Sequence record: PV654397.1
DNA length: 64,000 nt
Strand: one strand, 5' to 3'
Under the pieces are notes generated by a model that was not told the DNA's origin, searched no databases, and saw only the letters and a list, made by a program, of their open reading frames with translations. Shown one piece after another: positions 9,497 to 20,220 of this stretch; the stretch's first letter is position 1; each line of letters begins with the position of its first letter. A program made the position numbers and the translations under genes.

Positions 9497-10081
9497 CTAT
9501 TTCAGTACTTTGACCAGGGCTTTAACCGCTGTTTCAAGTTGTGCAAAGTCGTTGATTGTAAGATAATGAATACCCAATGTACTCATTTCTGAATCTATTT
9601 TACTATACAAATCGAACATGTCAAGTAGATATTGATATGTATATGACTCCGATGACACACATGATTCTTGAAATAGACGTTCTTCCATATCATTTACTAC
9701 TTCATCATTTGCGTCTCGAATCACACCATCTTTGTATGTGTAGTAAATCTCATCCCATTCATCTGATAAGCGGAATAGTAAAGGTTTACCATTAAACATC
9801 TCAAGGTCATATGCATTGACTTCACTCAATAACATATCATCAGGATCAGGTGTGAAATCGAATTGAGCGAGTGAAGAACCATCATAATCCTTAAGGAATA
9901 CACCAATAGCATTCAATTTAACTTCGCCATAATTGCCATTCTTGAACTTTACACGAATATTAATATCAATGTTTTGAACAGTATCATCATCTTGGAATTG
10001 ATAATCAATTTTATACTTTTCCCAAAGTTTTTTAATATCTTTAAAGTACTTAATTTTACTTTCTATTTCTTTAAAGTTCAT
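9497..10081 (-). CDS. Family A protein
   Basis: EERLFQESCV. Confidence 0.75.
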   Translation of the reverse strand: MNFKEIESKIKYFKDIKKLWEKYKIDYQFQDDDTVQNIDINIRVKFKNGNYGEVKLNAIGVFLKDYDGSSLAQFDFTPDPDDMLLSEVNAYDLEMFNGKPLLFRLSDEWDEIYYTYKDGVIRDANDEVVNDMEERLFQESCVSSESYTYQYLLDMFDLYSKIDSEMSTLGIHYLTINDFAQLETAVKALVKVLK

Positions 10082-10709
10082 CTGGAACCGCCATCTCTTG
10101 TATGTTCTTGCATTTTATCATTGCACAATTAGTATGTAAAATGATAGCGTACTTGTGTAATGATTTAATTTTATAACACTCATTAAGTACTGAAATGATT
10201 CCCCATAACTCTTCTACATCAATAGTGATAGGTTCACTAGTACTAAGTTGCATTAGTGCTGCTTCCACATCATCTTTGTTATTGATTTTGAACTGCATAC
10301 CACGTTTCAGTATTTTGGTTTTTGGGTTATACTCTGCCATTACATCACCTTCAGGGTAACCCTCGTGTAATAATAATGTAGTCTCATAATCTCCACAATT
10401 GAAATTAATTTCATCATAGTCAGGAACACAAATCATTCCTTCACCATATTGATTATCTACTGATTCGATTGTTAAAATACGCTGATGTTCATTACTCAGG
10501 ATAATAGAATCATGCCAGTACTGCGTAGTGAATTTACTACGTTTCTTTTGACAGCACATACTTGACATGGGACCATACTTTTTATATAGGGACTTCTTGA
10601 ATGCTATCGCATCAGGAGCCACCTTAATAACTTCTCGAATTAGGTCAATAGCTTCTTGATAACTTTTTCTCATTTGTCGTACCCATATAAAATATGATCT
10701 AAAGTGCAT
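10071..10709 (-). CDS. Family A protein (degenerate)
   Basis: EAALMQLSTS. Confidence 0.65.
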   Translation of the reverse strand: MHFRSYFIWVRQMRKSYQEAIDLIREVIKVAPDAIAFKKSLYKKYGPMSSMCCQKKRSKFTTQYWHDSIILSNEHQRILTIESVDNQYGEGMICVPDYDEINFNCGDYETTLLLHEGYPEGDVMAEYNPKTKILKRGMQFKINNKDDVEAALMQLSTSEPITIDVEELWGIISVLNECYKIKSLHKYAIILHTNCAMIKCKNIQEMAVPDEL

Positions 10710-11221
10710 TGAACTTCTTCATGGAAGAACAGTGGGTAAATTTGTATCAATTTTTCTTTAAGTTCAAGTGAATGGCATAATTCTAATGCTTTGATACAAT
10801 CTTCATATTGAACTAAGCTATGTATTGTACTTAACTGGAAATGTTGTTCTTCAGAGTAAGCTAAATCATATACCAAATTATCATCTAAAAGGTTTGATTT
10901 CTTTGAAGGATCAAGTACTGTGTTGCTATGACCTACCCAGAAAAATGCATTGGTGTTCATATTATTACAACCCCAACCTGCCCCCATTTTCTGGTGAATA
11001 GCAAAGACACAACTATCATAGAGATTAATACCAAGACGCTCTTCGTTGACATAAATCGTAACACCATCGATTGTCATGGTTATTTGGAAACGCATTGAAC
11101 CTTCACTTCGTGAACGTGCACAGAAGCCAAGATAACGGTTGATAATTGTATTGATTTTATCTGCCCATCCTTCCACATCTTTGGATGCACATAATTTAAA
11201 AAGATCATGACTTTGATTCAT
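10670..11221 (-). CDS. Family A protein
   Basis: EEQHFQLSTIH. Confidence 0.75.
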   Translation of the reverse strand: MNQSHDLFKLCASKDVEGWADKINTIINRYLGFCARSRSEGSMRFQITMTIDGVTIYVNEERLGINLYDSCVFAIHQKMGAGWGCNNMNTNAFFWVGHSNTVLDPSKKSNLLDDNLVYDLAYSEEQHFQLSTIHSLVQYEDCIKALELCHSLELKEKLIQIYPLFFHEEVQCTLDHILYGYDK

Positions 11222-11232
11222 GTAGTTCTCCG

Positions 11233-11814
11233 TTAATCAAGCATAAGTGGCATCATCGCCCATATCTTTTTCATAATCATATCTTCAGTAAAAACAAACG
11301 TTTTAGGTGCAGTATATGATATTGACAACCCAAATGGAAGTACGATTGCATCATCAATTATATTATGAATATCAAACCATGTTTTTACACAATCATATGG
11401 TGGAAGTTCATGTATTGTACTTAACTGAAAGTATTGTTCTTCACCAAATGTACTGCAATCAATATCACAAATTTTAGTGAATTGTTGATTCCATTTAGAT
11501 ATAATACTGTTTTTATTATTGAACATATTAGTTCTATGCATGAAACCATTTCTGCTAATATGATTTGATATTGCGTTTTCTTCAATATCATTGCTTATTT
11601 TAAAATTCATGTCAAAGTTGTAGTGCGAACTCGACGATTCTTTGAATTTTAAATGAAAATAACGATTGTTATTAATTTCCATTTCAATACAAAACACATC
11701 TGAATCAAAACGATTAAACTTGTAATCGTTGTCTTCAGGTAGAGTCTGTAATTTTTTCATAACACCAAGCATAGGGTGCACTAAGCTTCTAATAAAATCA
11801 TTAGTTATTTTCAT
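11233..11814 (-). CDS. Family A protein
   Basis: EEQYFQLSTIH. Confidence 0.75.
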   Translation of the reverse strand: MKITNDFIRSLVHPMLGVMKKLQTLPEDNDYKFNRFDSDVFCIEMEINNNRYFHLKFKESSSSHYNFDMNFKISNDIEENAISNHISRNGFMHRTNMFNNKNSIISKWNQQFTKICDIDCSTFGEEQYFQLSTIHELPPYDCVKTWFDIHNIIDDAIVLPFGLSISYTAPKTFVFTEDMIMKKIWAMMPLMLD

Positions 11815-12307
11815 AGTATTCCTTTAGAACTTTAAATGATTCAACAATACTATCTTGTGTGTAATTAGAACTATATACAATTGCATTTGATTTGATTGAC
11901 CACAGATATGACATAAAGGTTATAACACTACTACATGAACTTAATGTATTGTTTTGGAATTCATTTTCTTCAATGTTATCAGTACTGGTATTGATGAATT
12001 GGATAGTATCTTGTTTCTGATTAGACATTGAAACTAAAGTACAATCAGTATAAGGAGTGTACAAAAACGTCTCATTACTAATTGAACTATCATTAGTATA
12101 TGATGGTTTGGTAATATAAATCAAACGCATGATATCACGCTCAATACCCGATTTACGACTTTCCACTAAAGAAATCATATCTATATTTTTCATATGATCA
12201 ACATTGACATGGAACTTTTTGTTTAGAATTACATCTTTTGGGGAATTTTTATATGAAGATAAGATCTCATACATCTCAACTAATTCTCGTGCATTTAATA
12301 AACTCAT
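11801..12307 (-). CDS. Family A protein
   Basis: EENEFQNNTL. Confidence 0.7.
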   Translation of the reverse strand: MSLLNARELVEMYEILSSYKNSPKDVILNKKFHVNVDHMKNIDMISLVESRKSGIERDIMRLIYITKPSYTNDSSISNETFLYTPYTDCTLVSMSNQKQDTIQFINTSTDNIEENEFQNNTLSSCSSVITFMSYLWSIKSNAIVYSSNYTQDSIVESFKVLKEYYENN

Positions 12308-12732
12308 GTTTTGTCTCTTAATGAAAGAATATCCTTAGTATAAACTGATATAGAAATGTGATTGTATTTCATCATTAATTTATACACATAAGAAGCTAGT
12401 ACTAAATCGTAAATTAATTTAGTATCATACAGTACTCCGTATTGTAAAGCAAGTGAATCAATATCATCTTTACTTTCAATATCCAGAAATGTGCCGAAAT
12501 ATGTAGTACCGTGGAGATGAAAATTGGAATTAATGCAATCAATGCATTCATTGTCCAACAGAGTAGATGATGATGCCCTCGGTGAATCCCAAATAGTCAC
12601 TGCGTGTATGCCCTCAACGAACAAATCTATCCATATTTTGTGTCGTTGTCTTTTTTTTGTTTTATAATTTTCTGGATTTGAAAGTGTAGTTTCAATTATA
12701 TCCCATATGTATAAGCATTCATCTCTTGTCAT
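12304..12732 (-). CDS. Hypothetical protein in the array
   Basis: Coupled ORF; DDIDSLALQYG at the motif position. Confidence 0.7.
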   Translation of the reverse strand: MTRDECLYIWDIIETTLSNPENYKTKKRQRHKIWIDLFVEGIHAVTIWDSPRASSSTLLDNECIDCINSNFHLHGTTYFGTFLDIESKDDIDSLALQYGVLYDTKLIYDLVLASYVYKLMMKYNHISISVYTKDILSLRDKT

Positions 12733-13310
12733 TATAGCACCTTGTCCATTGCTGCATTTAATGCTTTTAAACGATCAACATTCAAAGTATTGAAGATGTA
12801 CGTTCCTAAAATGTGGAAATCGAACTGGTTCTTTTTGTATGTGTGATAAATTAAACTACAAAAAACAACAGTACTAAGAACCTCTTCCGGTATAACGGTG
12901 CTCATCTGAAACAGTTCTTCATCAACTGTACTTGATTCTGGATTGATAGCTTTTAACTCATACTCTTTATCACCGAATAGTACTTTAATATTATATAAAA
13001 CACCAACAGTACTAATATGAAATGGATGGTGTGAAAAACTTCCATCATCATTAATTTGGATATCGGATCTAATCTCGCACTCTTCATTACTTTTACTATT
13101 ATTTTTTACAATACAAATATTCCTGGCACCAGAAATAGTAAGAATACCGTGATCGTAATATTCTTTGGACATACATTTAGATGAAAATGACACATCACGA
13201 ATGAGGTAATGTTTGTTAATTTCTTTTGCACTACCAACAATGTGTAGCATCTTTGTACTGATATCATATAGCTGTTGGTGGCGGTCTGTCATATAACTAT
13301 AAGCGTTCAT
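12732..13310 (-). CDS. Family A protein
   Basis: DEELFQMSTV. Confidence 0.75.
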   Translation of the reverse strand: MNAYSYMTDRHQQLYDISTKMLHIVGSAKEINKHYLIRDVSFSSKCMSKEYYDHGILTISGARNICIVKNNSKSNEECEIRSDIQINDDGSFSHHPFHISTVGVLYNIKVLFGDKEYELKAINPESSTVDEELFQMSTVIPEEVLSTVVFCSLIYHTYKKNQFDFHILGTYIFNTLNVDRLKALNAAMDKVL

Positions 13311-13881
13311 ATGTATCCTTGATGTTTTTGATTGCCGTGTGTAGCTCTTTTAATGTATCGGATTCACAGTTAATGAACTTACTATACATTACCAATTCGC
13401 CAGTGTCAATAGCTTTTGCAGTTTCATAGCAAAGCATCATGTACTCAAATTCCTTGAAGTTGTCAAGTACTGATCTCTGGAAAATGTATGCTTCACGAAT
13501 GTCTTCACTTTGATCTAGTTCTGGTGGAATTTCCAAATATGTATCATTCTCTACGTCATCAAAATTAGATTCAACAATTCGATTAATATCTTCGTGTAAA
13601 GCATTGACAAATATCATGTTTGGAGTAATGGAACCGATTTGCTCACTATGCCTTGATGTGCGGATATACATTGCCATAGTATCCCATGAACCTTTTTTCG
13701 TCGTTCCATAATCGTAAACTTTATAAGACTCCAGTACTACTGAACCAAAACGATATGGTGATTTGCATTCAACTTTAAGACGATAATTTCCAATAGGCTC
13801 ATGTTCAGTAATGTTGTGCTTTTCAGATAGTTCTGCAATGTCATGCATCAATTTCATAATTTGAATGTGTTCAGCTTGCAT
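13297..13881 (-). CDS. Family A protein
   Basis: EAYIFQRSVL. Confidence 0.75.
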   Translation of the reverse strand: MQAEHIQIMKLMHDIAELSEKHNITEHEPIGNYRLKVECKSPYRFGSVVLESYKVYDYGTTKKGSWDTMAMYIRTSRHSEQIGSITPNMIFVNALHEDINRIVESNFDDVENDTYLEIPPELDQSEDIREAYIFQRSVLDNFKEFEYMMLCYETAKAIDTGELVMYSKFINCESDTLKELHTAIKNIKDTYERL

Positions 13882-14444
13882 TATAAGTCCTCTAATTTAA
13901 CAGGTACATGTTCATTGATGAACGTCTTAAGAGCCAGTACTAGATCTTCTAATTCTTCTGTACTGAATTTTAATATAGTTTTAAAGATTATCAATTCATT
14001 TCTTTCTATAATCTTTGGAATTTCATATGCTAACATAAGATTGCGAACAGTACCAGCGTTGTGTATGAGGTTCGCATTGAATAAAAGTACATCGTACTCG
14101 TCTTTTTTAATTTTATAATTGTACTCTTCAATTACTTCATGTGTGTATGTATTCTTATAGGCAATTTTATTTTTATGAAATTTATAACCAACAGTAACAC
14201 TATCATCATAAAATGTAGAACGATAATCTTGTTTTCTATCGCCGGACGAAATGATGTGTAATGCTGTGTATTTGTCCTCAACATCTAACTCAATGTTTGC
14301 ATAACTGTTAACGGTTTCATTCTTTAGGACGTTAATGTTATATTTCTCATTAACTTTAATGTACTGGCGTGCACCATTATCATCAATGAACTTAAAACAA
14401 TGCTTTACCAACAATGTGATTTCTTTAATTAATTCAGTACTCAT
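13881..14444 (-). CDS. Family A protein (degenerate)
   Basis: DVLLFNANLIH. Confidence 0.7.
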   Translation of the reverse strand: MSTELIKEITLLVKHCFKFIDDNGARQYIKVNEKYNINVLKNETVNSYANIELDVEDKYTALHIISSGDRKQDYRSTFYDDSVTVGYKFHKNKIAYKNTYTHEVIEEYNYKIKKDEYDVLLFNANLIHNAGTVRNLMLAYEIPKIIERNELIIFKTILKFSTEELEDLVLALKTFINEHVPVKLEDL

Positions 14445-14471
14445 ATCTTCTCCTGTACTCTGTTAAAAGCG

Positions 14472-14500
14472 ATTATAACACACCTGAATGCTCATGTAAA
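14472..14500 (-). promoter_or_regulatory. sigma70 promoter with TGTG extended -10
   Basis: TTTACA-N17-TATAAT, TGTGT before the -10. Confidence 0.7.
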
Positions 14501-14511
14501 GCACTAAACAC

Positions 14512-14533
14512 AAAAAGACCCATGAGGGTCTTT
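14512..14533. terminator. Terminator hairpin
   Basis: AAAGACCC-ATGA-GGGTCTTT. Confidence 0.7.
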
Positions 14534-15116
14534 ATTTTGGTAAAACGCTGTCAATGTACGCTAGAGCCTCATCTCGGAGGTACGTTCCATCTATTGTTAT
14601 GTAATAGTTCTTAGGGATATCACTACCAATCTTCTCGTAAATTTTCATACATGATATCACATCTTCATCACAAATGGTACTCAATTGAAACTGTACTTCA
14701 TCAGTTAAAGGTACGATATCATGTTTAGATGGGGGGTTGGTATTTTCATTCAAAACAATATCAAACAAATTAGGAGTATTCTTTGACGAAATGTAACGAT
14801 GTTTACTACGAATTACCATTCTCGACAGAGAAATACTGGAACTCCATCTTGGGTCCACATCTTCGTATGTTAACGCAATTAACATTTCATAATAATCTTG
14901 GAATTTCATTGATGCATAATATGTTTTGTCCTCACCGTACATTCCAAATGATTTGAATTCAATGTCACCTACATTGTGTGTATCGCTATCACTATTCACG
15001 AATTTTAACAGACTGTTGATTAGTCTGATTAGAATATCATCTTTATTCATTATCAGATAACTCCCTGTGCATGTTGTATAAATCTCTAAAGTCCTGATAG
15101 AAATCTTTTTCTTCAA
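14532..15116 (-). CDS. Family A protein (start likely over-extended)
   Basis: DEVQFQLSTI. Confidence 0.75.
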   Translation of the reverse strand: MKKKISIRTLEIYTTCTGSYLIMNKDDILIRLINSLLKFVNSDSDTHNVGDIEFKSFGMYGEDKTYYASMKFQDYYEMLIALTYEDVDPRWSSSISLSRMVIRSKHRYISSKNTPNLFDIVLNENTNPPSKHDIVPLTDEVQFQLSTICDEDVISCMKIYEKIGSDIPKNYYITIDGTYLRDEALAYIDSVLPK

Positions 15117-15609
15117 GAATATCTTTTAAACTAGGAATCTCATCCATAATCTCATCGATATCAGTTTCAATAGTAAAACCTGATTTATAATTTTGTAAGA
15201 GATAACTAAAAGCAACAAGATAAAGAATTTCATTTGGTTTATGAATTAACATGTGTTGGAACATAACTGATTCTAAATCAGATTCAGTACTAAGGTCAGC
15301 ATAACATGTATCGTTGGTGTCAATTCGTACTGTACTTGAATTTGGATTCCATGTAAAGCAATGTGTTCCAACTGTTCCCAAACATCCTACTCTTGTACTA
15401 TCATTTGTTCCCAAAAAGATATAAAAATACGTTTCATCTGTATAATCGTATTTTTGTACTTTACCTTTTTTAAGGCATAAATCATTATCCTTTCGAAAAG
15501 TTTTAGATGATAGTGTATCAATGATGCACATTAATGTTTTTGCAAATGCAATACAATGACGTAATTCAAGTCTATGGAAATTATAATTAGTAAAATTCAT
15601 AAAATTCAT
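15043..15609 (-). CDS. Family A protein
   Basis: ESVMFQHMLIH. Confidence 0.75.
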   Translation of the reverse strand: MNFMNFTNYNFHRLELRHCIAFAKTLMCIIDTLSSKTFRKDNDLCLKKGKVQKYDYTDETYFYIFLGTNDSTRVGCLGTVGTHCFTWNPNSSTVRIDTNDTCYADLSTESDLESVMFQHMLIHKPNEILYLVAFSYLLQNYKSGFTIETDIDEIMDEIPSLKDILEEKDFYQDFRDLYNMHRELSDNE

Positions 15610-16151
15610 AATTGTACCTTCAATATTTTATCAGCAATTGATATAACCTTATCACTGAATACATTACCAATCTCAATTCTTATATACATCGCAGGTGGAA
15701 TCTTTCCCTGAAGTGCATAATATGTTTGTATACCTAAGTACTCATTATTTGATAATGAAAATTTGATTCTCTCCATATCTATGTCTGATTTTGGTAAATC
15801 TAAGAATTCATGATGGTAGTCAACATTTTCAGTGTATATCTGTTCGACGTAATTTGAATAGTCACTACTAATGTAGATGCTATCATCACGAACAATTACT
15901 TTATAATCAGAAGGTTCAAACTTATCTTTAGGAGAAAAGAAGACATCATCTATCTTCTCTTCTCGGACACCGAATAACAATTTACCATCGTACTTTACAT
16001 CAAGCATACTACCTAGAATAGTAATTACACAATGATCATCAATATTATGACGTAAAGAACGAGTCTTGTATTTTGGGTTAATGAAAATTTTCATTAATTT
16101 TATACAAATGTCGGCAATGCATTTTACATTATCATTTTCTATGTACATCAA
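15606..16151 (-). CDS. Hypothetical protein in the array
   Basis: Coupled ORF, motif not clear. Confidence 0.7.
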   Translation of the reverse strand: MMYIENDNVKCIADICIKLMKIFINPKYKTRSLRHNIDDHCVITILGSMLDVKYDGKLLFGVREEKIDDVFFSPKDKFEPSDYKVIVRDDSIYISSDYSNYVEQIYTENVDYHHEFLDLPKSDIDMERIKFSLSNNEYLGIQTYYALQGKIPPAMYIRIEIGNVFSDKVISIADKILKVQL

Positions 16152-16626
16152 AAACCCTCTTTAATTCTTTTACATTTTTAATGAATACTTTCATTGCAGA
16201 GATCTCAAAAGATAATGATTTAAAATTGCAGTACTTTTTAAAGTACGACATAATGAATAGCATCTTGAGTTCTTTTTCTGTGTAAATTAAACTATTTTGA
16301 AAGTAACTTTCTTCTGATAAATCATCAAGAAACGGATATAAAACTCCATTTGGAGTCAAGAACATGACACGTTCACTCCAAGATCTAAATGAAATGTAAT
16401 CAGTCTTACCACATTCATATAAGGAGTTTATCATGCCATCAATCATTAAGGAGAACTCAATACTGTATCCTAATCGTTGACATTTGTATCTCTTATCTTC
16501 TTTCTTTGTAATTACGAAGTGGCGACCCAATGAGTCTTTGTTATCGAAAATGAAATCAACTGTCTCTAAACACTCCTTAGCGAACTTCATAGTTTCTCTG
16601 TACTTTCGGTTCATTAGTCTCTCCAA
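16132..16626 (-). CDS. Family A protein
   Basis: EESYFQNSLIY. Confidence 0.75.
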   Translation of the reverse strand: MERLMNRKYRETMKFAKECLETVDFIFDNKDSLGRHFVITKKEDKRYKCQRLGYSIEFSLMIDGMINSLYECGKTDYISFRSWSERVMFLTPNGVLYPFLDDLSEESYFQNSLIYTEKELKMLFIMSYFKKYCNFKSLSFEISAMKVFIKNVKELKRVFDVHRK

Positions 16627-17027
16627 ACTTTACCAGGGAAGTGTTTCTCGTAGAACTCATTATCACTTAACATATAATCAGGTGTTTCTACTTCTATGGG
16701 TTTGTAGAATGTTTCTGGAATGTGTGTGATTTTATTTGGTTGTACTTTATGTTCGCGTAAAACCTTCTGTATAGCTCCTAGACGTTGTAAATCAATACAG
16801 CCCGGTAGAACTAAGCTGTACTGAAATAGCTCATCAGGGGTCATTATAGATACATCTTTGGCTTGTTTGATTTTATTGTTGGCATTAATGAATATATCAA
16901 ATCCAAGTACTGCATTATAGCTTACATATGTTGTTTTGTTTTTGTCAATAGCTGCACTTAAACTATATCCATATATTCCATGTTGGTCAACAATGCATCG
17001 TTGCATAATTTTAATCATTTCGAACAT
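16614..17027 (-). CDS. Family A protein
   Basis: DELFQYSLV. Confidence 0.75.
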   Translation of the reverse strand: MFEMIKIMQRCIVDQHGIYGYSLSAAIDKNKTTYVSYNAVLGFDIFINANNKIKQAKDVSIMTPDELFQYSLVLPGCIDLQRLGAIQKVLREHKVQPNKITHIPETFYKPIEVETPDYMLSDNEFYEKHFPGKVWRD

Positions 17028-17373
17028 AATTTACCTCGTATGTGTTATAATTCCACGTTTTAACACTATCCATTTGTATATCCTGAACTTCATGGAAATA
17101 TTTAAGTACCTTCTGGTATTCCATTAGTTCGTACACATCGTCAGTATTGACAGTGCTCTCCTGAAACAATTCCTCTTCTGATAAAGTACTATAATCAGGG
17201 ATTTTTATTTCAGAATATATCTCATTCATATATGAATCATTTTGGTAAATCTGTAGATAAAACTGATTATATTCAGGGATATAGGTTACGAAATGGTTCT
17301 TGATGAATTCATATCTTGAAGCAAAGCAATCATTGCCATCCGTCATGTACTGAATTGTTGTTGTATTATGCAT
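17011..17373 (-). CDS. Family A protein
   Basis: EEELFQESTV. Confidence 0.75.
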   Translation of the reverse strand: MHNTTTIQYMTDGNDCFASRYEFIKNHFVTYIPEYNQFYLQIYQNDSYMNEIYSEIKIPDYSTLSEEELFQESTVNTDDVYELMEYQKVLKYFHEVQDIQMDSVKTWNYNTYEVNYVRND

Positions 17374-17848
17374 TCAAATAATCCACGCATTTATGGTATA
17401 CATCTAAATCTAAAAAGAATCGTTGTTTGTATTTGTAATGATGAAGTAGTGCACCATAAAGTAATATAGCATTAAGTACTTTTGCATCATGAATACAAGA
17501 CCCTTGGAAGTACATTTCTTCTGTCATGAAAACTAACTCATTGTACGGGATAAGCACTGAATCTCTAAATGTATCAATGTTAATCTTCAAATCGGACCCT
17601 TGGCAATATGAAATATATTCACCTCGGTAATGAAAGTCATTATCGTCAAAGTACTCAGCATATACTTGATTGTTCCTATTATTTTTAAAGGCAAGTCTTC
17701 CTTTGGTTGAACTGAATTGGTCATATTGGAACATTCCACCAAAAGGCATTCCACCGAAAGGTTGGGGACTTCTGAACTCCTTTGCAATGCGATGAATGTT
17801 AGATGCAAATTCTAAAACACCATCGTAATCATATTCTGTTGTAATCAT
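17366..17848 (-). CDS. Family A protein
   Basis: EEMYFQGSCIH. Confidence 0.75.
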   Translation of the reverse strand: MITTEYDYDGVLEFASNIHRIAKEFRSPQPFGGMPFGGMFQYDQFSSTKGRLAFKNNRNNQVYAEYFDDNDFHYRGEYISYCQGSDLKINIDTFRDSVLIPYNELVFMTEEMYFQGSCIHDAKVLNAILLYGALLHHYKYKQRFFLDLDVYHKCVDYLNA

Positions 17849-18324
17849 AGACCATTTTTCTCCATGTACTCAATGATTTCATCTACGAAGTTTAAATCCA
17901 TATAGAATCTATCATTTGCGTCATTGAGTTCATCTTTAAGTACTGTAAAAATTGTAGAACTAAACACGATTCTCTCATTGTACAAAGTACTGTACTGGAA
18001 GAATTCTTCTTCTGATCTAACATTAAATGTGTCATATTCATCATCATCATTAGATCTAGGATGATAGTACTTAAAACTATCAGATGTATGGAAACAATAT
18101 GAGATAAAATCCCCTGATGGTGCATCGTCAAGTACACGAATACCACAGAAATTCTCATCTGTAGTATGCAACAAATTGCTATTCATTGACAAATAATTTT
18201 TGTACGCATAAAGTGTGCATCGTGGGAGAATTATATTCTCTTTAACTGTTACAAAGAACTTATGAAGTTTAATGATATTTTGTGCGATTTTTTGTGCATT
18301 GCTAAATGATAGGTCTTTGGACAT
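17845..18324 (-). CDS. Family A protein
   Basis: EEEFFQYSTLY. Confidence 0.75.
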   Translation of the reverse strand: MSKDLSFSNAQKIAQNIIKLHKFFVTVKENIILPRCTLYAYKNYLSMNSNLLHTTDENFCGIRVLDDAPSGDFISYCFHTSDSFKYYHPRSNDDDEYDTFNVRSEEEFFQYSTLYNERIVFSSTIFTVLKDELNDANDRFYMDLNFVDEIIEYMEKNGL

Positions 18325-18357
18325 TGTGATATAACCCTTTACAATTAATATAAAGAG

Positions 18358-18387
18358 ATTATATCACAAAGATTTGGAGGGTGTCAA
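18358..18387 (-). promoter_or_regulatory. sigma70 promoter with TGTG extended -10
   Basis: TTGACA-N18-TATAAT, TGTGA before the -10. Confidence 0.7.
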
Positions 18388-18974
18388 GAGTTCTCACGAA
18401 GTTCTACCATTTCTTTCCATACTAAATGGTAATCTTCTAAGTCCAGATAGAAGTCTTCATTTAAGTGCTCATATAAGTACTTGTACATGAATAGTACACC
18501 TAAATTGTATTCAGTATTAAGTAATGATTGTTGGAAGTAGTTTTCTTCATTTAGTTCTATATCCATGAACTCAAATCTACCTAGACCTTTTAATGTACGT
18601 ATCTCAACATGTGAAGTATCTGTTTTACTGAAGCACATGAATCCACCTCTAAATTCGGGATCATATTCACATTCATACTGTCCACTGTTATTATAGAAAT
18701 CTCTCCCATTTACTTTATCTTTTGGCTTTAGAACTGATACATGAATGTCGTCATCTTTGTACATTGAATGATTTATCTTTTTTAAACATTTTATCTTATT
18801 TTCTTTAATGTACTTGATAATATCAATTATATCTTGTGCAGTACTGATAGCTGCCTCAAACGTATCCAACTTAAGATGATTGTATAGAGTTCCCTCGTTC
18901 TTTATTTTATCTAACATACTAACCTCATAGTTCATACATCTTTGATTTGAATTGCATTGGTCCACCAACTTCAC
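18384..18974 (-). CDS. Family A protein
   Basis: EENYFQQSLL. Confidence 0.75.
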   Translation of the reverse strand: MKLVDQCNSNQRCMNYEVSMLDKIKNEGTLYNHLKLDTFEAAISTAQDIIDIIKYIKENKIKCLKKINHSMYKDDDIHVSVLKPKDKVNGRDFYNNSGQYECEYDPEFRGGFMCFSKTDTSHVEIRTLKGLGRFEFMDIELNEENYFQQSLLNTEYNLGVLFMYKYLYEHLNEDFYLDLEDYHLVWKEMVELRENS

Positions 18975-19263
18975 ATGGATAATTTTCCATAATACGATTC
19001 AAAAGTATCTGGTACTGTTGTAGTACTTCAATTTCCAAATGTATACTACTATCCAGTACTAATGACTCCTGGAACAATTCACCTGTATCTAAACATGAAA
19101 AATCATTTATAGTTAGCATTGGCTTATCATTGGTACGCAATGTAAATGATTCCTCATTTCGGATTAATGTACAGAATTCATTATGTTTTCTGTTATAATT
19201 CATTTTAACCAATAATAACTTAGTGTGAGTTGCGTACATTATTTTTACTAATTCAGTCTTCAT
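18925..19263 (-). CDS. Family A protein (short type)
   Basis: GELFQESLVLD. Confidence 0.75.
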   Translation of the reverse strand: MKTELVKIMYATHTKLLLVKMNYNRKHNEFCTLIRNEESFTLRTNDKPMLTINDFSCLDTGELFQESLVLDSSIHLEIEVLQQYQILLNRIMENYPCEVGGPMQFKSKMYEL

Positions 19264-19612
19264 AACGGAATAAAATTCTCCTGTACTGCTCCGGCTTAGT
19301 ACTCAATCTCTTCACCGGATAATTGTCGAAGATCCTTTTCATTTCTTTCTGGATTAAACAAAGAAAATCAAAATCACAATAGTATTTTTTATCCCATACT
19401 AAACTTTCTTGAAACAACTCATCTTCTTGCATTAGCGTAGTATCAATTGTATCTTCACGTGTATTTGAGTACGCTTCATGACATTGAAAACCATCCTCGG
19501 ATAATCCTAATGTATATGCCGCCATTTCAAACATATCATCATTTGTCTTTAACGAAAGTAAACAACAAACGTATTTTTTCGTTGTGTAGTAAGTAATGCT
19601 AATGGTATTCAT
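19253..19612 (-). CDS. Family A protein (short type)
   Basis: EDELFQESLVWD. Confidence 0.75.
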   Translation of the reverse strand: MNTISITYYTTKKYVCCLLSLKTNDDMFEMAAYTLGLSEDGFQCHEAYSNTREDTIDTTLMQEDELFQESLVWDKKYYCDFDFLCLIQKEMKRIFDNYPVKRLSTKPEQYRRILFRYED

Positions 19613-19617
19613 TGGAT

Positions 19618-20220
19618 TTAAACCTCAGTATAAAGCTTACAATAGCTTTCATCGAAATCAAAAATACTTCTCAAGAACTGACAAAGGTCAGTAAAAATAT
19701 TTACATTTGCTATATACACATTATCAAATTCTGTTCTTTCGAAGAATGTATGCATAGAATTTGTAATATATCTCATTGCAGATTCACGCTGCATTGTTAT
19801 ATCATTTGTGAACATCGCATCTTCATCAGTACTGACTAATTCAATATCAAATGATTGCATATATGGGATACTCTTCCCTAGTGCAAAGCTATCACCGTAT
19901 GATGCTTCAACTGCACCTTTAGAATACACCAATTGATATAAGTCCGAAATAGGGTTATAAAAAGTACGACATATTGATGAACATAATTTATTATCTATCC
20001 AAAAGAAAACCCTATTTGTATTACCGTCAAATGCTATACGCAATCCATCACCATCTAACGATATATCACCATCGAGATTAAAAGAGAACTGAACTAATGC
20101 TTTTTCTAAGTCCATTCTTTTGTGATAAATGATTTCTTGCATATAGATAATATCATTTACTAATTTCTTAAAATACAAATGAACCTCAGTACTACAACAT
20201 TTATTTGCATTTAATAACAT
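19618..20220 (-). CDS. Hypothetical protein, degenerate family A
   Basis: EDAMFTNDIT. Confidence 0.65.
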   Translation of the reverse strand: MLLNANKCCSTEVHLYFKKLVNDIIYMQEIIYHKRMDLEKALVQFSFNLDGDISLDGDGLRIAFDGNTNRVFFWIDNKLCSSICRTFYNPISDLYQLVYSKGAVEASYGDSFALGKSIPYMQSFDIELVSTDEDAMFTNDITMQRESAMRYITNSMHTFFERTEFDNVYIANVNIFTDLCQFLRSIFDFDESYCKLYTEV